NCBI GenBank assembly: GCA_038208295.1
Contig: JBBQYX010000009.1
Coordinates: 42 to 64,041 of the forward strand
Length of the DNA stretch: 64,000 nucleotides
Source of the DNA: Candidatus Nanopelagicales bacterium
Lineage (GTDB): Bacteria > Actinomycetota > Actinomycetes > S36-B12 > JBBQYX01
Direction: 5' to 3'
A program made the translations under genes and the position numbers. The notes beneath the pieces are model-generated. The model was not told where the DNA came from. It did not search any database and saw only the letters and a program-made list of their open reading frames with translations. This document shows positions 50,827 to 59,776 of this stretch, piece after piece. Each line of letters opens with the position of its first letter. Position 1 is the stretch's first letter.

Positions 50827-52962
50827 ATGCCGAGATGGATCACGGGTCTGCCGACGTTGCGCGGCGGACAGATTCCCACGGGCCCGGCGCGCCGGCGATC
50901 GAGAGCGTCGCGAGCGCTGGGTGCGGTCGCGCTGGTGACCGTCCTGGTCACCGGTGGCGGCGGCCTTGCGGCCACCAGCGGCAACGCGGCAGCGAACTCG
51001 ACAGCGGACTCGGCCACGGCGGCATCCTCCGATGCCGCGGCGACGGCGATCGCTGCGCTGCCTCCCCTGGTCACCCCGACGCCGCCGGTGCCGGCACCCA
51101 CGGACACCGCGCCCGCCCCGCCGGACCCGACGGCGCTCACCCCGACGCCGACCGACGCACCGACCAGCGGCGCTCCGACAACAGCTGATCCAACCGGGAC
51201 GCCGACGTCGGCACCCGCACCGACCGACTCACGTCCGACGGCCACCCCGACGCCTACCGTGAGCCCGACCAGCACCAGCGCCGAACCGACCGCGTCGCCC
51301 ACGCAGTCCGCGAGCCCGTCGGCGTCGTCGACCACGGTGGCCCCCGCACCGCGACCGGCCACGCCCCCGGCGGCGGCCACCTCGACGATCCCGCTGGCAT
51401 CGATCGTTATCGCCGTGGTGGCACTGCTCGTGGCCGCCTTCGTCCTGGTGGCCATGATCCGCCGAGGCGTCCGGCCATTCGGGGGAACCGCCGGTGACGT
51501 TCCAGCGAAGGGCGCCGCTGGCGACCCGGCGACGCCGACGGGCGCACCCGGTAGGGCCGAGGCAGGCACGCAGTCGGGGGCTGCCGGACGAGCCGGGCCT
51601 GCTGGTCCGGCCGACGTCCTCGTGACCAGCGCTGCTGCAATCGGTGCCGGCGAGGCAGCCCGGTCGGCGACGACCGGTCAGGCCGAGCCCGCCGACCCCT
51701 CGGCCGCCACCCTGGTCGCGATGCTGGTGGCGCTCGGCGAGGCAATGATCGATTGTGGCGATCCGGTGACCCACGTACAGGACAGCCTGGCCCGGGTAGC
51801 CCACGCATACGGGGCACCCGCCGCCGAGATCATCGTGCTGCCGACCGCGCTCATCGTCTCGGTCCCCGGCAGCGCGGCCGTACAGACCGCGGTGGCGACC
51901 GCGGGCACATCGAGACTGCGGCTGGATCAGACCACGGAGGTGTTTGGGCTGGTCAGCGCCGCGGAGCGGCACGCCCTGGAACCCGGTCCATTGATGGCCC
52001 AGCTGCGGCGGATCCGCGCGCAACTACCGCCGTACTCGGCAGTCACCCGAACGGTCGGGTACGTAGGCCTCACGCTGGGACTGGCGCTGATCCTGCATGC
52101 CGGCTGGGCCGAACTGATCGTGGCCGGGGTGCTCGGGTTGGGAGTGGGACTCGTCCAGCTCGCGGCTGCCCGGCTGCATTCGGCATACCAGGTCTTCGTC
52201 CCGCTGCTGTCGGCCTTCACCGTTGCCGTTGTCGTGTTCACGTTGCCTCGTACGGGTCTGGACGTGGGGGTCTTCGCACCGCTCATCGCCCCGCTGGTCA
52301 CGTTTCTGCCGGGGGCGTTGCTCACGACCTCCGTGATCGAACTGGCCACCGGCCAGATGATCGCTGGAGCGGCCCGACTCGCCGCCGGGTTCATGCAACT
52401 GACGCTGCTGGCGCTGGGGATCGTCGGTGGAGCCCAACTCGTCGGGGTCCCAGCCGCGCGGGTATCCGAGGCGGCGGCGAACCCGTTCGGCGACCTGGCG
52501 CCCTGGCTCGGGGTGGCGCTGTTCGGCCTGGGCGTCGTCGTCTACAACTGCGCCCGGCTGAACTCTGTGGGCTGGGTGCTGCTCGTGCTGTACGTGGCCT
52601 ATGCCGGGCAGGTGATAGGCGGTCTCTTCCTCGGCGGGGTGCTGTCCGCCTTCGTCGGCGCATTCTTGATGACCCCGGTGGCCGCCTTCGCCGCCACCCG
52701 CGCTAACGGGCCACCGACGCTGGTGAGCTTCCTGCCGGCGTTCTGGCTGCTGGTCCCCGGCGCGCTCGGCCTCCTCGGCGTCACCAAGATCCTCGGAGCG
52801 GACCGCAGCGCCGGCACCGACTCGCTGCTCACCACCGGCGCCACCATGATCGCAATCGCGTTTGGAGTCCTGCTGGGTCTGGCCGCCGGCACGCTGGTCG
52901 GGCGGCGTGGGTCCCCGGGGGCGGCCACGGACCTACGGATCGAGACCGGTTCGGGCCGTTAG
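50827..52962 (+). CDS. ThrE-family (threonine/serine exporter-like) membrane protein with a Pro/Thr-rich N-terminal extension
   Basis: ThrE/DUF1212-type region LVALGEAMIDCGDPVTHVQDSLARVAHAYGAPAAEIIVLPTALIVSV, followed by about 10 TM helices. Preceded by TM, a PT-rich stretch of about 150 aa, and another TM. ATG 50827 chosen (the ORF-track start is GTG 50752). Confidence 0.75.
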   Translation: MPRWITGLPTLRGGQIPTGPARRRSRASRALGAVALVTVLVTGGGGLAATSGNAAANSTADSATAASSDAAATAIAALPPLVTPTPPVPAPTDTAPAPPDPTALTPTPTDAPTSGAPTTADPTGTPTSAPAPTDSRPTATPTPTVSPTSTSAEPTASPTQSASPSASSTTVAPAPRPATPPAAATSTIPLASIVIAVVALLVAAFVLVAMIRRGVRPFGGTAGDVPAKGAAGDPATPTGAPGRAEAGTQSGAAGRAGPAGPADVLVTSAAAIGAGEAARSATTGQAEPADPSAATLVAMLVALGEAMIDCGDPVTHVQDSLARVAHAYGAPAAEIIVLPTALIVSVPGSAAVQTAVATAGTSRLRLDQTTEVFGLVSAAERHALEPGPLMAQLRRIRAQLPPYSAVTRTVGYVGLTLGLALILHAGWAELIVAGVLGLGVGLVQLAAARLHSAYQVFVPLLSAFTVAVVVFTLPRTGLDVGVFAPLIAPLVTFLPGALLTTSVIELATGQMIAGAARLAAGFMQLTLLALGIVGGAQLVGVPAARVSEAAANPFGDLAPWLGVALFGLGVVVYNCARLNSVGWVLLVLYVAYAGQVIGGLFLGGVLSAFVGAFLMTPVAAFAATRANGPPTLVSFLPAFWLLVPGALGLLGVTKILGADRSAGTDSLLTTGATMIAIAFGVLLGLAAGTLVGRRGSPGAATDLRIETGSGR

Positions 52963-53020
52963 GTGAGGGTCGCCTAACCCTGGCGATGGCGGATCGGCGT
53001 GGATGCACCAGAATGAGCGC

Positions 53021-53953
53021 ATGCGCATCGCAGACGACATCACGCAGCTGATCGGCAACACTCCACTGGTCCGGTTGAACCGGATCACCGACGGTGCGGA
53101 CGCACAGGTCGTGGCCAAGCTGGAGTATTTCAACCCGGCTCACAGCGTCAAGGACCGGATCGGGGTCGCCATGATCGACGCCGCTCAAGAGGCCGGGCTG
53201 ATCGGTCCCGACACAGTCGTGGTGGAACCCACCAGCGGCAACACCGGCATCGCCCTGGCGATGGTGTGCGCGGCGCGCGGCATCAAGTGCGTGCTGACCA
53301 TGCCGGAGACGATGAGCGTCGAACGGCGCCTGCTGCTGCGGGGATACGGCGCCGACCTGATCCTCACCCCCGGGCCCGAGGGCATGGGCGGGGCCATCGC
53401 CAAGGCGGAGGAACTCGCCAAGAGCGACCCGAAATACTTCATGCCCCAGCAGTTCGCTAATCCAGCCAACCCCGAGATCCACCGGCGGACCACGGCCGAG
53501 GAGATCTGGACGGACACCGATGGCGCCGTCGACATTGTCGTAGCGGGGGTGGGTACCGGCGGCACGATCACCGGAATCGGGCAGGTCCTCAAGGAGCGTA
53601 AGCCATCCGTTCGGATGGTTGCCGTAGAGCCGGCCGCCTCCCCGGTCCTGTCCGGCGGCGTCAAGGGCCCGCATCCGCTGCAGGGAATCGGGGCGGGTTT
53701 CGTGCCGGAGGTCCTGGACACCAGCGTGTATGACGAGGTCGTCCAGGTCGCCAACGAGGACGCGATGGCGACCGCCCGCCGCTCGGCCACGCAGGAGGGT
53801 CTGCTCGTCGGGATCTCCTCCGGAGCCGCCCTGTACGCCGCCCGCCAGGTCGCGCAACGTCCGGAGAACGCCGGGAAACTCATCGTCGTCATCATCCCGT
53901 CATTCGGTGAGCGGTATCTGTCCACGCCGCTGTTCGCGGGTCTCGGCGACTGA
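53021..53953 (+). CDS. cysK: Cysteine synthase A (O-acetylserine sulfhydrylase)
   Basis: [37 protein letters not shown] (PLP lysine), [22 protein letters not shown]. Confidence 0.95.
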   Translation: MRIADDITQLIGNTPLVRLNRITDGADAQVVAKLEYFNPAHSVKDRIGVAMIDAAQEAGLIGPDTVVVEPTSGNTGIALAMVCAARGIKCVLTMPETMSVERRLLLRGYGADLILTPGPEGMGGAIAKAEELAKSDPKYFMPQQFANPANPEIHRRTTAEEIWTDTDGAVDIVVAGVGTGGTITGIGQVLKERKPSVRMVAVEPAASPVLSGGVKGPHPLQGIGAGFVPEVLDTSVYDEVVQVANEDAMATARRSATQEGLLVGISSGAALYAARQVAQRPENAGKLIVVIIPSFGERYLSTPLFAGLGD

Positions 53954-53955
53954 CG

Positions 53956-54732
53956 TTGGCGCTCAACCGCTCATCCGCAGGCGGAATCGTCACGGGACGC
54001 ATCCAGGCAGCCCGGGACCGCTGGCGCCCTGCACTGCGTCGTCTCCAGCGTGATCTGGACTGCGTGGTCGAGCGGGACCCGGCGGCGCGCACCCGAGCCG
54101 AGGTCGCGCTGCTGTACCCAGGCGTGCATGCGGTATGGGCGTACCGGGTCAGCAACGCGCTGTGGCGGCGTGGCGCCCTGTTCCCGGCGCGGGCCGTGTC
54201 GCAGACCGCACGCTGGGCCACCGGGATCGAGATCCATCCCGCCGCCACGATCGGTGCTGGACTGTTTATCGACCACGGTTCGGGCGTGGTGATCGGGGAG
54301 ACGGCCGAGATCGGCGACGACGTCACGATCTACCACGGGGTCACCTTGGGCGGGACCAGCCTCGACCCGGGCAAACGGCACCCCACCGTCGGTGACCGGG
54401 TCACCATTGGAGCCGGCGCGAAGGTCCTCGGGGCCCTGGACGTCGGCCACGATTCCCGGATCGGCGCCAATGCCGTGTTGGTGCGCTCGGTCGACGACAA
54501 CTCCGTCGTCGTCGGTGTCCCTGGTCAAGTCATCGCCCGGCTGCGCAAGCACACCTCGGCCGACCTGCCCGACCTCGACAACGCCATGGTGCCCGACCCC
54601 CTCGGCCTCACCGTGCAGCAATTGCTTACACGAGTCGACCGGTTGGAGACGGAGGTACGCGGTCACATCGAGGCACGTGAGCTGTACTTCTCCCCCACCG
54701 GGGTCTGGGAGAACGTCGACTTCTCGATCTGA
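53956..54732 (+). CDS. cysE: Serine O-acetyltransferase
   Basis: [32 protein letters not shown] and hexapeptide repeats [44 protein letters not shown]. Directly after cysK. Confidence 0.9.
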   Translation: MALNRSSAGGIVTGRIQAARDRWRPALRRLQRDLDCVVERDPAARTRAEVALLYPGVHAVWAYRVSNALWRRGALFPARAVSQTARWATGIEIHPAATIGAGLFIDHGSGVVIGETAEIGDDVTIYHGVTLGGTSLDPGKRHPTVGDRVTIGAGAKVLGALDVGHDSRIGANAVLVRSVDDNSVVVGVPGQVIARLRKHTSADLPDLDNAMVPDPLGLTVQQLLTRVDRLETEVRGHIEARELYFSPTGVWENVDFSI

Positions 54733-54747
54733 CCGGGCGCCCGGCAG

Positions 54748-54773
54748 GTTTGCGCCGGGTCGGGCTCGGGCAT
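54748..54773 (+). promoter_or_regulatory. Candidate sigma-B/F-type promoter (weaker match)
   Basis: GTTT-N16-GGGCAT, 47 nt upstream of ATG 54820. Confidence 0.3.
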
Positions 54774-54819
54774 CGGCTTGATTCGGGACCACCCACCAAG
54801 ACCACACGGTGAGGACGAC

Positions 54820-55155
54820 ATGAGCGAACTACCTGCTGACGACCCCTATCTGGCGGCTGCAGACCCGGGAGACGTCGGCGATCAGGCCCAGGACCTGCAA
54901 GCCCAGTACGAGCAGGAAGCGATCCAGGCCGCGTTGGACGGCGAACCGGTCGTCGAGGAGACGCCTTCGGTTCGCGACGTCTGGGACCGCGGTCCCGAGC
55001 TGGACGATCCGCAGGCGCAGCAGGGAGCCGACCTGGATGCTAGCGATGACGCCGTCCACGCCGGCGGGTTCAACACCGCGGGATCGGACCCGCAGGGTGA
55101 GTCGGAGGCCCTGGCGGAGCGAGGTATGCATCTGGAGACGCCCGACGGTGGATGA
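54820..55155 (+). CDS. Small acidic hypothetical protein
   Basis: GAGGA upstream of the ATG. 111 aa, very Asp/Glu/Gln-rich, high GC3. Resembles the acidic stress-associated small proteins common in actinobacteria, but no family is assigned. Confidence 0.5.
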   Translation: MSELPADDPYLAAADPGDVGDQAQDLQAQYEQEAIQAALDGEPVVEETPSVRDVWDRGPELDDPQAQQGADLDASDDAVHAGGFNTAGSDPQGESEALAERGMHLETPDGG

Positions 55156-55282
55156 CGGGCACGCCGCGCGGAGGCACGGCAGCGCGCCGATAGCTGGTCA
55201 TGTGGTCAAATCGACCGGGCAGATTGGGTACCAGCCACTGCGGGCCGTACAGCACGGGACGCCAACGAATCAGGAGTACGCC

Positions 55283-55438
55283 ATGTCGACCACCGACCCG
55301 AACTCGCCACAGCACCCACGACCTGCGCCGGTGCCATCCCGAAATCGGGTCATGATCGCGGTTTTCATCGTGCTCTTCTTCCTAATTATTGCCGCCGGAC
55401 TACTCATCGGCTGGGCCGGCCAGAACGCCGCCACGTAA
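55283..55438 (+). CDS. Small membrane protein (51 aa)
   Basis: CAGGAG 6 nt upstream of ATG 55283. One TM helix (VMIAVFIVLFFLIIAAGLLIGWA). The ORF-track extension from 55037 overlaps the preceding gene. Confidence 0.45.
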   Translation: MSTTDPNSPQHPRPAPVPSRNRVMIAVFIVLFFLIIAAGLLIGWAGQNAAT

Positions 55439-55507
55439 CTGCGCCCAAACTGGCCGATTCTGTGATGACCATATGAGTGTCGATCTGCGCAGACTCACGT
55501 GGCGGCG

Positions 55508-55531
55508 GGCCCCCACCACACGGTGGGGGCC
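55508..55531. terminator. Perfect 10-bp GC hairpin between convergent genes (candidate bidirectional terminator)
   Basis: GGCCCCCACC-ACAC-GGTGGGGGCC, located between the stop of the 55283 gene and the stop of treZ. Confidence 0.55.
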
Positions 55532-55581
55532 TCGTTGCAGGCTACGGCGGTGACGATTTCCGGCGGCGACGATTCAGCGCA

Positions 55582-57336
55582 TCACCGGCGCACGATCACA
55601 CTGGCGCCCGGTGCCAGCACCCACTCGCCCTCGACGGCGCTGACATCACCCCAGGAGGCCCGCGCGTCCCCTGCCGCTGCCTGCACCCGGCAACCAGCGC
55701 CGAGATCCACGACAGTCGTCCAAGCGGCGGTGTCCAGGCGGATGCTCAGCGGACGACCAGACTGATCGGTGTCGATGCGGCACTCCAGGCCGGGAACCCG
55801 ATGCGATTCGGCGGTGGGACTGCCCCAGCCGGCGCCCAGGCCTTCCCGTCGCAGAGCCAGCAGGGTTCGGTAAAAGGCAAGCAGTTCCCGGTGGGGCGAT
55901 TGGTCACGCTCGTTCCAGTCCAACACCGACCTCTCGCGGGTATGCGGATCCTGCGGATCGGGCACGTCCTCGGCTTCCCAGCCATGCGCTCCGAACTCGC
56001 CTCGACGGCCCCGCGTCACTGCTGCGCCCAACTCGGCATCCGGGAAGGACGTAAAGAACTGCCACGGCGTCTGAGCTCCCCACTCCTCGCCCATGAACAG
56101 CATCGGCGTGTAGGGCAGCGACAGCAGCACCGCCGCCCCGGCTGCGAGCCGTTCCGGGGCGACCAACTGCGCCAGCCGGTCGCCCACGGCTCGGTTCCCC
56201 ACCTGGTCGTGCGTCTGCAGCGCCACGACGAACTGTTCGGGAGTGACCCTGAAGAAGTCGACCGGTCGACCATGCGAACGTCCCCGGAACTCCGACCAGC
56301 AGCCGTCGTGTCGGAAGGCTTGCTCCAACGTCTTCCGTACGGCCTGCGCGGAGCCGAAGTCACCGTAATACCCGGCCGTCTCTGCGGTAAGCAGCCAGTG
56401 CAGGGCATGGTGCACATCGTCGTCCCATTGTGCCGACATGCCGATACCGTCCGGCCGAGGCAGGATCATCCGTGGATCGTTACGATCGCTCTCGGCTATG
56501 ACTGAAATCGGCCGGCCCACTTCTGCGCTGAGCCGGTCAACCTGGGTGGTGACCTCTTCCAGGAAACTCAGCGCCCGGTTGTCTCGTAGTTCGTGGACGG
56601 CGTCCAGTCGCACCCCGTCCAGGTGGAAATCCCGTAACCATCCGGTCGTGAAGCCCAACAACAGTTCACGTACGCCGTCTGAGCCCGGTGCGTCGAGATT
56701 GACCGCCGATCCCCAGGGTGTCTGATGAGTGTCGGTGAGAAAGGGACCGAAGCGTTCGGTGTAGTTGCCGCTGGGGCCCAGGTGGTTGTGCACCAGATCC
56801 GCGAATACTGCCAGGCCGCGCGAGTGCGCCGCATCAACAAAGCGGCAGAGGGCATCCGGCCCGCCATAAGGTGCGTGCACGGCGTTGAGCGCCACGCCGT
56901 CATAGCCCCAGCCCCACGTTCCGTCGAAGGCGGCCAGTGGCATGAGTTCGACGTGCGTGACACCCAGGTCGGTCAACTGGGTTAGCCGCTCGATGGCAGC
57001 ATCCAGGGTCCCCTCGGGGGTGAACGTGCCAACATGGAGTTCATAGATGCACGATCCGTGGTCGAGGGCACGCCCGCGCCAGCCAGCGTCCGACCAGCCA
57101 AACACGCCGGGGTCCCAATACCGGGCAAGCCCGTGAACTCCCTGCGGAAGCCACCGGGCGGCCAGGTCGGGCACCTCGGCGCCATCCAGTAGCAGTGCGT
57201 AGTCGGCGCCGTGCTCCAGGGCGGGTTCGCCGACCCACCACCCGGCATGTTGCGGCTCGGGCAACAACGCGGTTTCCGACCCCGTACCGCGTACCACCAA
57301 CTCGCCTACGGCGGGAGCCCACCGACGAAACAGCAC
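55582..57336 (-). CDS. treZ: Malto-oligosyltrehalose trehalohydrolase
   Basis: IYELHVGTFTPEGT, GVTHVELMPLAAF.G.WGWGYDGV, VFADLVHNHLGPSGNY, GVRLDAVH: a GH13 TreZ pattern. GTG 57336 lies one nt after the treY stop, with GGGAGG as RBS. Confidence 0.9.
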   Translation of the reverse strand: MLFRRWAPAVGELVVRGTGSETALLPEPQHAGWWVGEPALEHGADYALLLDGAEVPDLAARWLPQGVHGLARYWDPGVFGWSDAGWRGRALDHGSCIYELHVGTFTPEGTLDAAIERLTQLTDLGVTHVELMPLAAFDGTWGWGYDGVALNAVHAPYGGPDALCRFVDAAHSRGLAVFADLVHNHLGPSGNYTERFGPFLTDTHQTPWGSAVNLDAPGSDGVRELLLGFTTGWLRDFHLDGVRLDAVHELRDNRALSFLEEVTTQVDRLSAEVGRPISVIAESDRNDPRMILPRPDGIGMSAQWDDDVHHALHWLLTAETAGYYGDFGSAQAVRKTLEQAFRHDGCWSEFRGRSHGRPVDFFRVTPEQFVVALQTHDQVGNRAVGDRLAQLVAPERLAAGAAVLLSLPYTPMLFMGEEWGAQTPWQFFTSFPDAELGAAVTRGRRGEFGAHGWEAEDVPDPQDPHTRERSVLDWNERDQSPHRELLAFYRTLLALRREGLGAGWGSPTAESHRVPGLECRIDTDQSGRPLSIRLDTAAWTTVVDLGAGCRVQAAAGDARASWGDVSAVEGEWVLAPGASVIVRR

Positions 57337-57337
57337 T

Positions 57338-59776
57338 TCAGCCTCCCTCTTTGACCAGGACCGCCACCGGCCACTCATCCAGCAGATGTGCAACGGTCTG
57401 AGAACCCTCGCTCACAAACTCCCTGCCGGTGACCACGTCGCGCCAGCTGCCGGCCGGCACTGGGACAGCGGTGTCCCCCCAGCCGCCAGCCGCCGCGAGG
57501 CGGATGACATAACGACTAGCGAGCACGATCAGGTCGGTGCCACGGGCGAAGGCGACGCAATGCTCGGCTGCCGTGCCCGTCACCTCCAGGCCGGTATGCG
57601 GCACGTCCGGTCCCACCAGGTCCGGGCGGTCGCGGCGCAGGCGCAGCGACACGGCGGTGAGCCGGGCCTTGGCCGCAGATACATCGATGTTCGGATCGGG
57701 CTCGGTCTCCAGCGCGACCTGCAGCGCCGCCTGCAGGGCCGTGAAATCCACTGGACTGCGGTTGTCCGGATCGACCAGGCGCAGACTCACGAACTCGCAA
57801 CCCTGGTAGATGTCGGGCACCCCCGGGGCGAAGACCTGCACAACCCGCTGACCGAGAACGTTCGCCGCGAATCCGGGCGCCAGTCGATCGATCATCTGGG
57901 CGATGCTGGCCTGCAACCCCTCGTCGTCGGAGAGCCGGCGCACCCAGACCCCCAACGCGTGCTCGTATCCCTCCTCGGGCAGAGTCCACGACGTCCGCAG
58001 TTTCGCCTCGCGAGCGGCCTTGGTGAGGTAGGCGATGAGACGGTCGGCATCGATGGGATACGCGCCCACCATGGTCTGCCAGGCCAGCCACTCGATCGAA
58101 GGGTCCGGCACATCGTCGGGACCAACGAAGGCACCGACGAGTTCCCGCCAGGCGCGTACGGTGGTGACCCACTCCCCAGCAATCTCGCTGAGGACCGACA
58201 ACCGGGCACGTACGTCCTCGCTGCGCTTGTTGTCATGAGTCGACATGGCCGTCATGGCATGCGGCCATTCCCGACGACGTCGTTCGGCCCAGGCGTGGAA
58301 CTCGGCCCGAGATATCCCCCAGTGATCCGGCTCGCCGCCGACCTCGCACAGGGACGACAGCGGGAACCAGCGATAACTTGCGGTGTCTTCCACGCCCTTG
58401 GCGATGGCCGGTCCCGTGGTCTGCTGAAAGCGGACCAAGAACTCGTCCTTACGCACACCACGGCCCAGTCGGCCCAGCGCGAGGTCACGCATCAGATCAA
58501 CGGTCGGCGCACGCTGCGGCAGCCGCCGGCGCGCCTCCTCAGCGGCCGCTTCCAGCAACCGAACTGATTCAACCGGCGGGTCCTCCCCGGGAACTACGTA
58601 GGCGCGGTAGACCGACATGCAGGCAAGCAACTCCGCCACGGCCTCCGTCATGCCGCGACGGGAATAGTCGCGCAGCCGGACGTCGACTTGGCAGGCATCA
58701 TGCGCAACAGCCGCGAGCCGATCCACCTCCGCTGCCAGCAGGCCGCTGAGCACCTCCCGACGGGCCGCGTCGGACACTTCCTGCCACCCCGCCCTGATGC
58801 CGGTGTCCTCGGCGAACGCCGCGGTCATCACCGGCGCCCCGGACGGATCGACGAACAGACTCCCGATACGCAGCATGGCGTCATAGCCGGTGGTCCCCGC
58901 ACATTCCCAGTCCTCCGGCAGGTCTTCGCCGGGTTCGAGGATCTTCTCCACGACGATCCAGGCGTCCCCGGTGGCATCGGCCAGTCGCCGCAGGTAACCG
59001 CGCGGATCGGCGAGCCCGTCCGGGTGATCGATGCGCAGGCCGTCGACCAGACCCTCGCGGACCAGTCGTACGGGGATCGCGTTGCTCTCGTCGAAAACGC
59101 GGGGGTCCTCAACCCGGATGGCCACCAGGGTGTCGACGTCGAAGAACCTGCGGTAGTTGACCTCTTCGTGCGCCACCCGCCAATACGCCAGGCGGTAGTG
59201 CTGCGCCGCGAGCAACTCCTCCAGCGGCAACTCTGCGGTGCCCGGGCGCAATGGGAAGACATGGTCGAAGTAGCGAAGCACCGGCTCGCCGAACGGGCCG
59301 GAAGGATCGATCTTCAGCTCGCCGGCGTCCAGGCTGGCGTCGATGCGCTGACCCAGGATCGGCAGCAGAACGGGCTGTTGCTGGCCCCAGTCGATGTCGA
59401 ACCAGTTGCGGCAAATCGATTCTGGACCGTCACGCAATACCGACCACAGAGGTTGATTCAAGAACTCAGGGGTCGGCAACGCCATGTGGTTGGGGACGAC
59501 GTCCACGACGAGCCCAACGTGCCGGTCCAAGAGCGCGGCAGCGGCCACGCGTAGGCCCTCCTCACCGCCCAGTTCCTGGTCGACTCGCGTGTGGTCGACC
59601 ACGTCATAACCGTGTTGAGAGCCCGGGGTGGACTCGAGGATCGGGGACAGGTACGCGTGCGAGACCCCGAGGTCCGACAGATAGTCGGCGGCTTCCGTCA
59701 GGCACTGGAAGCCGCTCTCCGGGGTCAGTTGGACACGGTATGTCGAAACCGGCGTACGGTCACTCCTACCGGTCAC
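57338..59776 (-). CDS. treY: Malto-oligosyltrehalose synthase
   Basis: PVSTYRVQLTPESGFQ...LGVSHAYLSPILES.PGSQHGYDVVDH, VVDVVPNHMA, GLRIDHPDGL. ATGA overlap with the glgX stop. Confidence 0.9.
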   Translation of the reverse strand: MTGRSDRTPVSTYRVQLTPESGFQCLTEAADYLSDLGVSHAYLSPILESTPGSQHGYDVVDHTRVDQELGGEEGLRVAAAALLDRHVGLVVDVVPNHMALPTPEFLNQPLWSVLRDGPESICRNWFDIDWGQQQPVLLPILGQRIDASLDAGELKIDPSGPFGEPVLRYFDHVFPLRPGTAELPLEELLAAQHYRLAYWRVAHEEVNYRRFFDVDTLVAIRVEDPRVFDESNAIPVRLVREGLVDGLRIDHPDGLADPRGYLRRLADATGDAWIVVEKILEPGEDLPEDWECAGTTGYDAMLRIGSLFVDPSGAPVMTAAFAEDTGIRAGWQEVSDAARREVLSGLLAAEVDRLAAVAHDACQVDVRLRDYSRRGMTEAVAELLACMSVYRAYVVPGEDPPVESVRLLEAAAEEARRRLPQRAPTVDLMRDLALGRLGRGVRKDEFLVRFQQTTGPAIAKGVEDTASYRWFPLSSLCEVGGEPDHWGISRAEFHAWAERRRREWPHAMTAMSTHDNKRSEDVRARLSVLSEIAGEWVTTVRAWRELVGAFVGPDDVPDPSIEWLAWQTMVGAYPIDADRLIAYLTKAAREAKLRTSWTLPEEGYEHALGVWVRRLSDDEGLQASIAQMIDRLAPGFAANVLGQRVVQVFAPGVPDIYQGCEFVSLRLVDPDNRSPVDFTALQAALQVALETEPDPNIDVSAAKARLTAVSLRLRRDRPDLVGPDVPHTGLEVTGTAAEHCVAFARGTDLIVLASRYVIRLAAAGGWGDTAVPVPAGSWRDVVTGREFVSEGSQTVAHLLDEWPVAVLVKEGG

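Noticed and set aside
50664-52962. A tRNA-Arg-flanked genomic island
   Set aside because: There is no integrase, no direct repeat of the tRNA 3' end that I could find, and no compositional break. The neighbours are ordinary chromosomal genes.
55186-55193. GCCGATAG, a near-perfect sigma-28 -10 element between the acidic protein and the 51-aa membrane protein
   Set aside because: No TAAA/TCAG-like -35 lies at 15 nt (it reads CGCG), the extended CGATAGGA core is absent (it reads CGATAGCT), and the downstream gene has no motility link.
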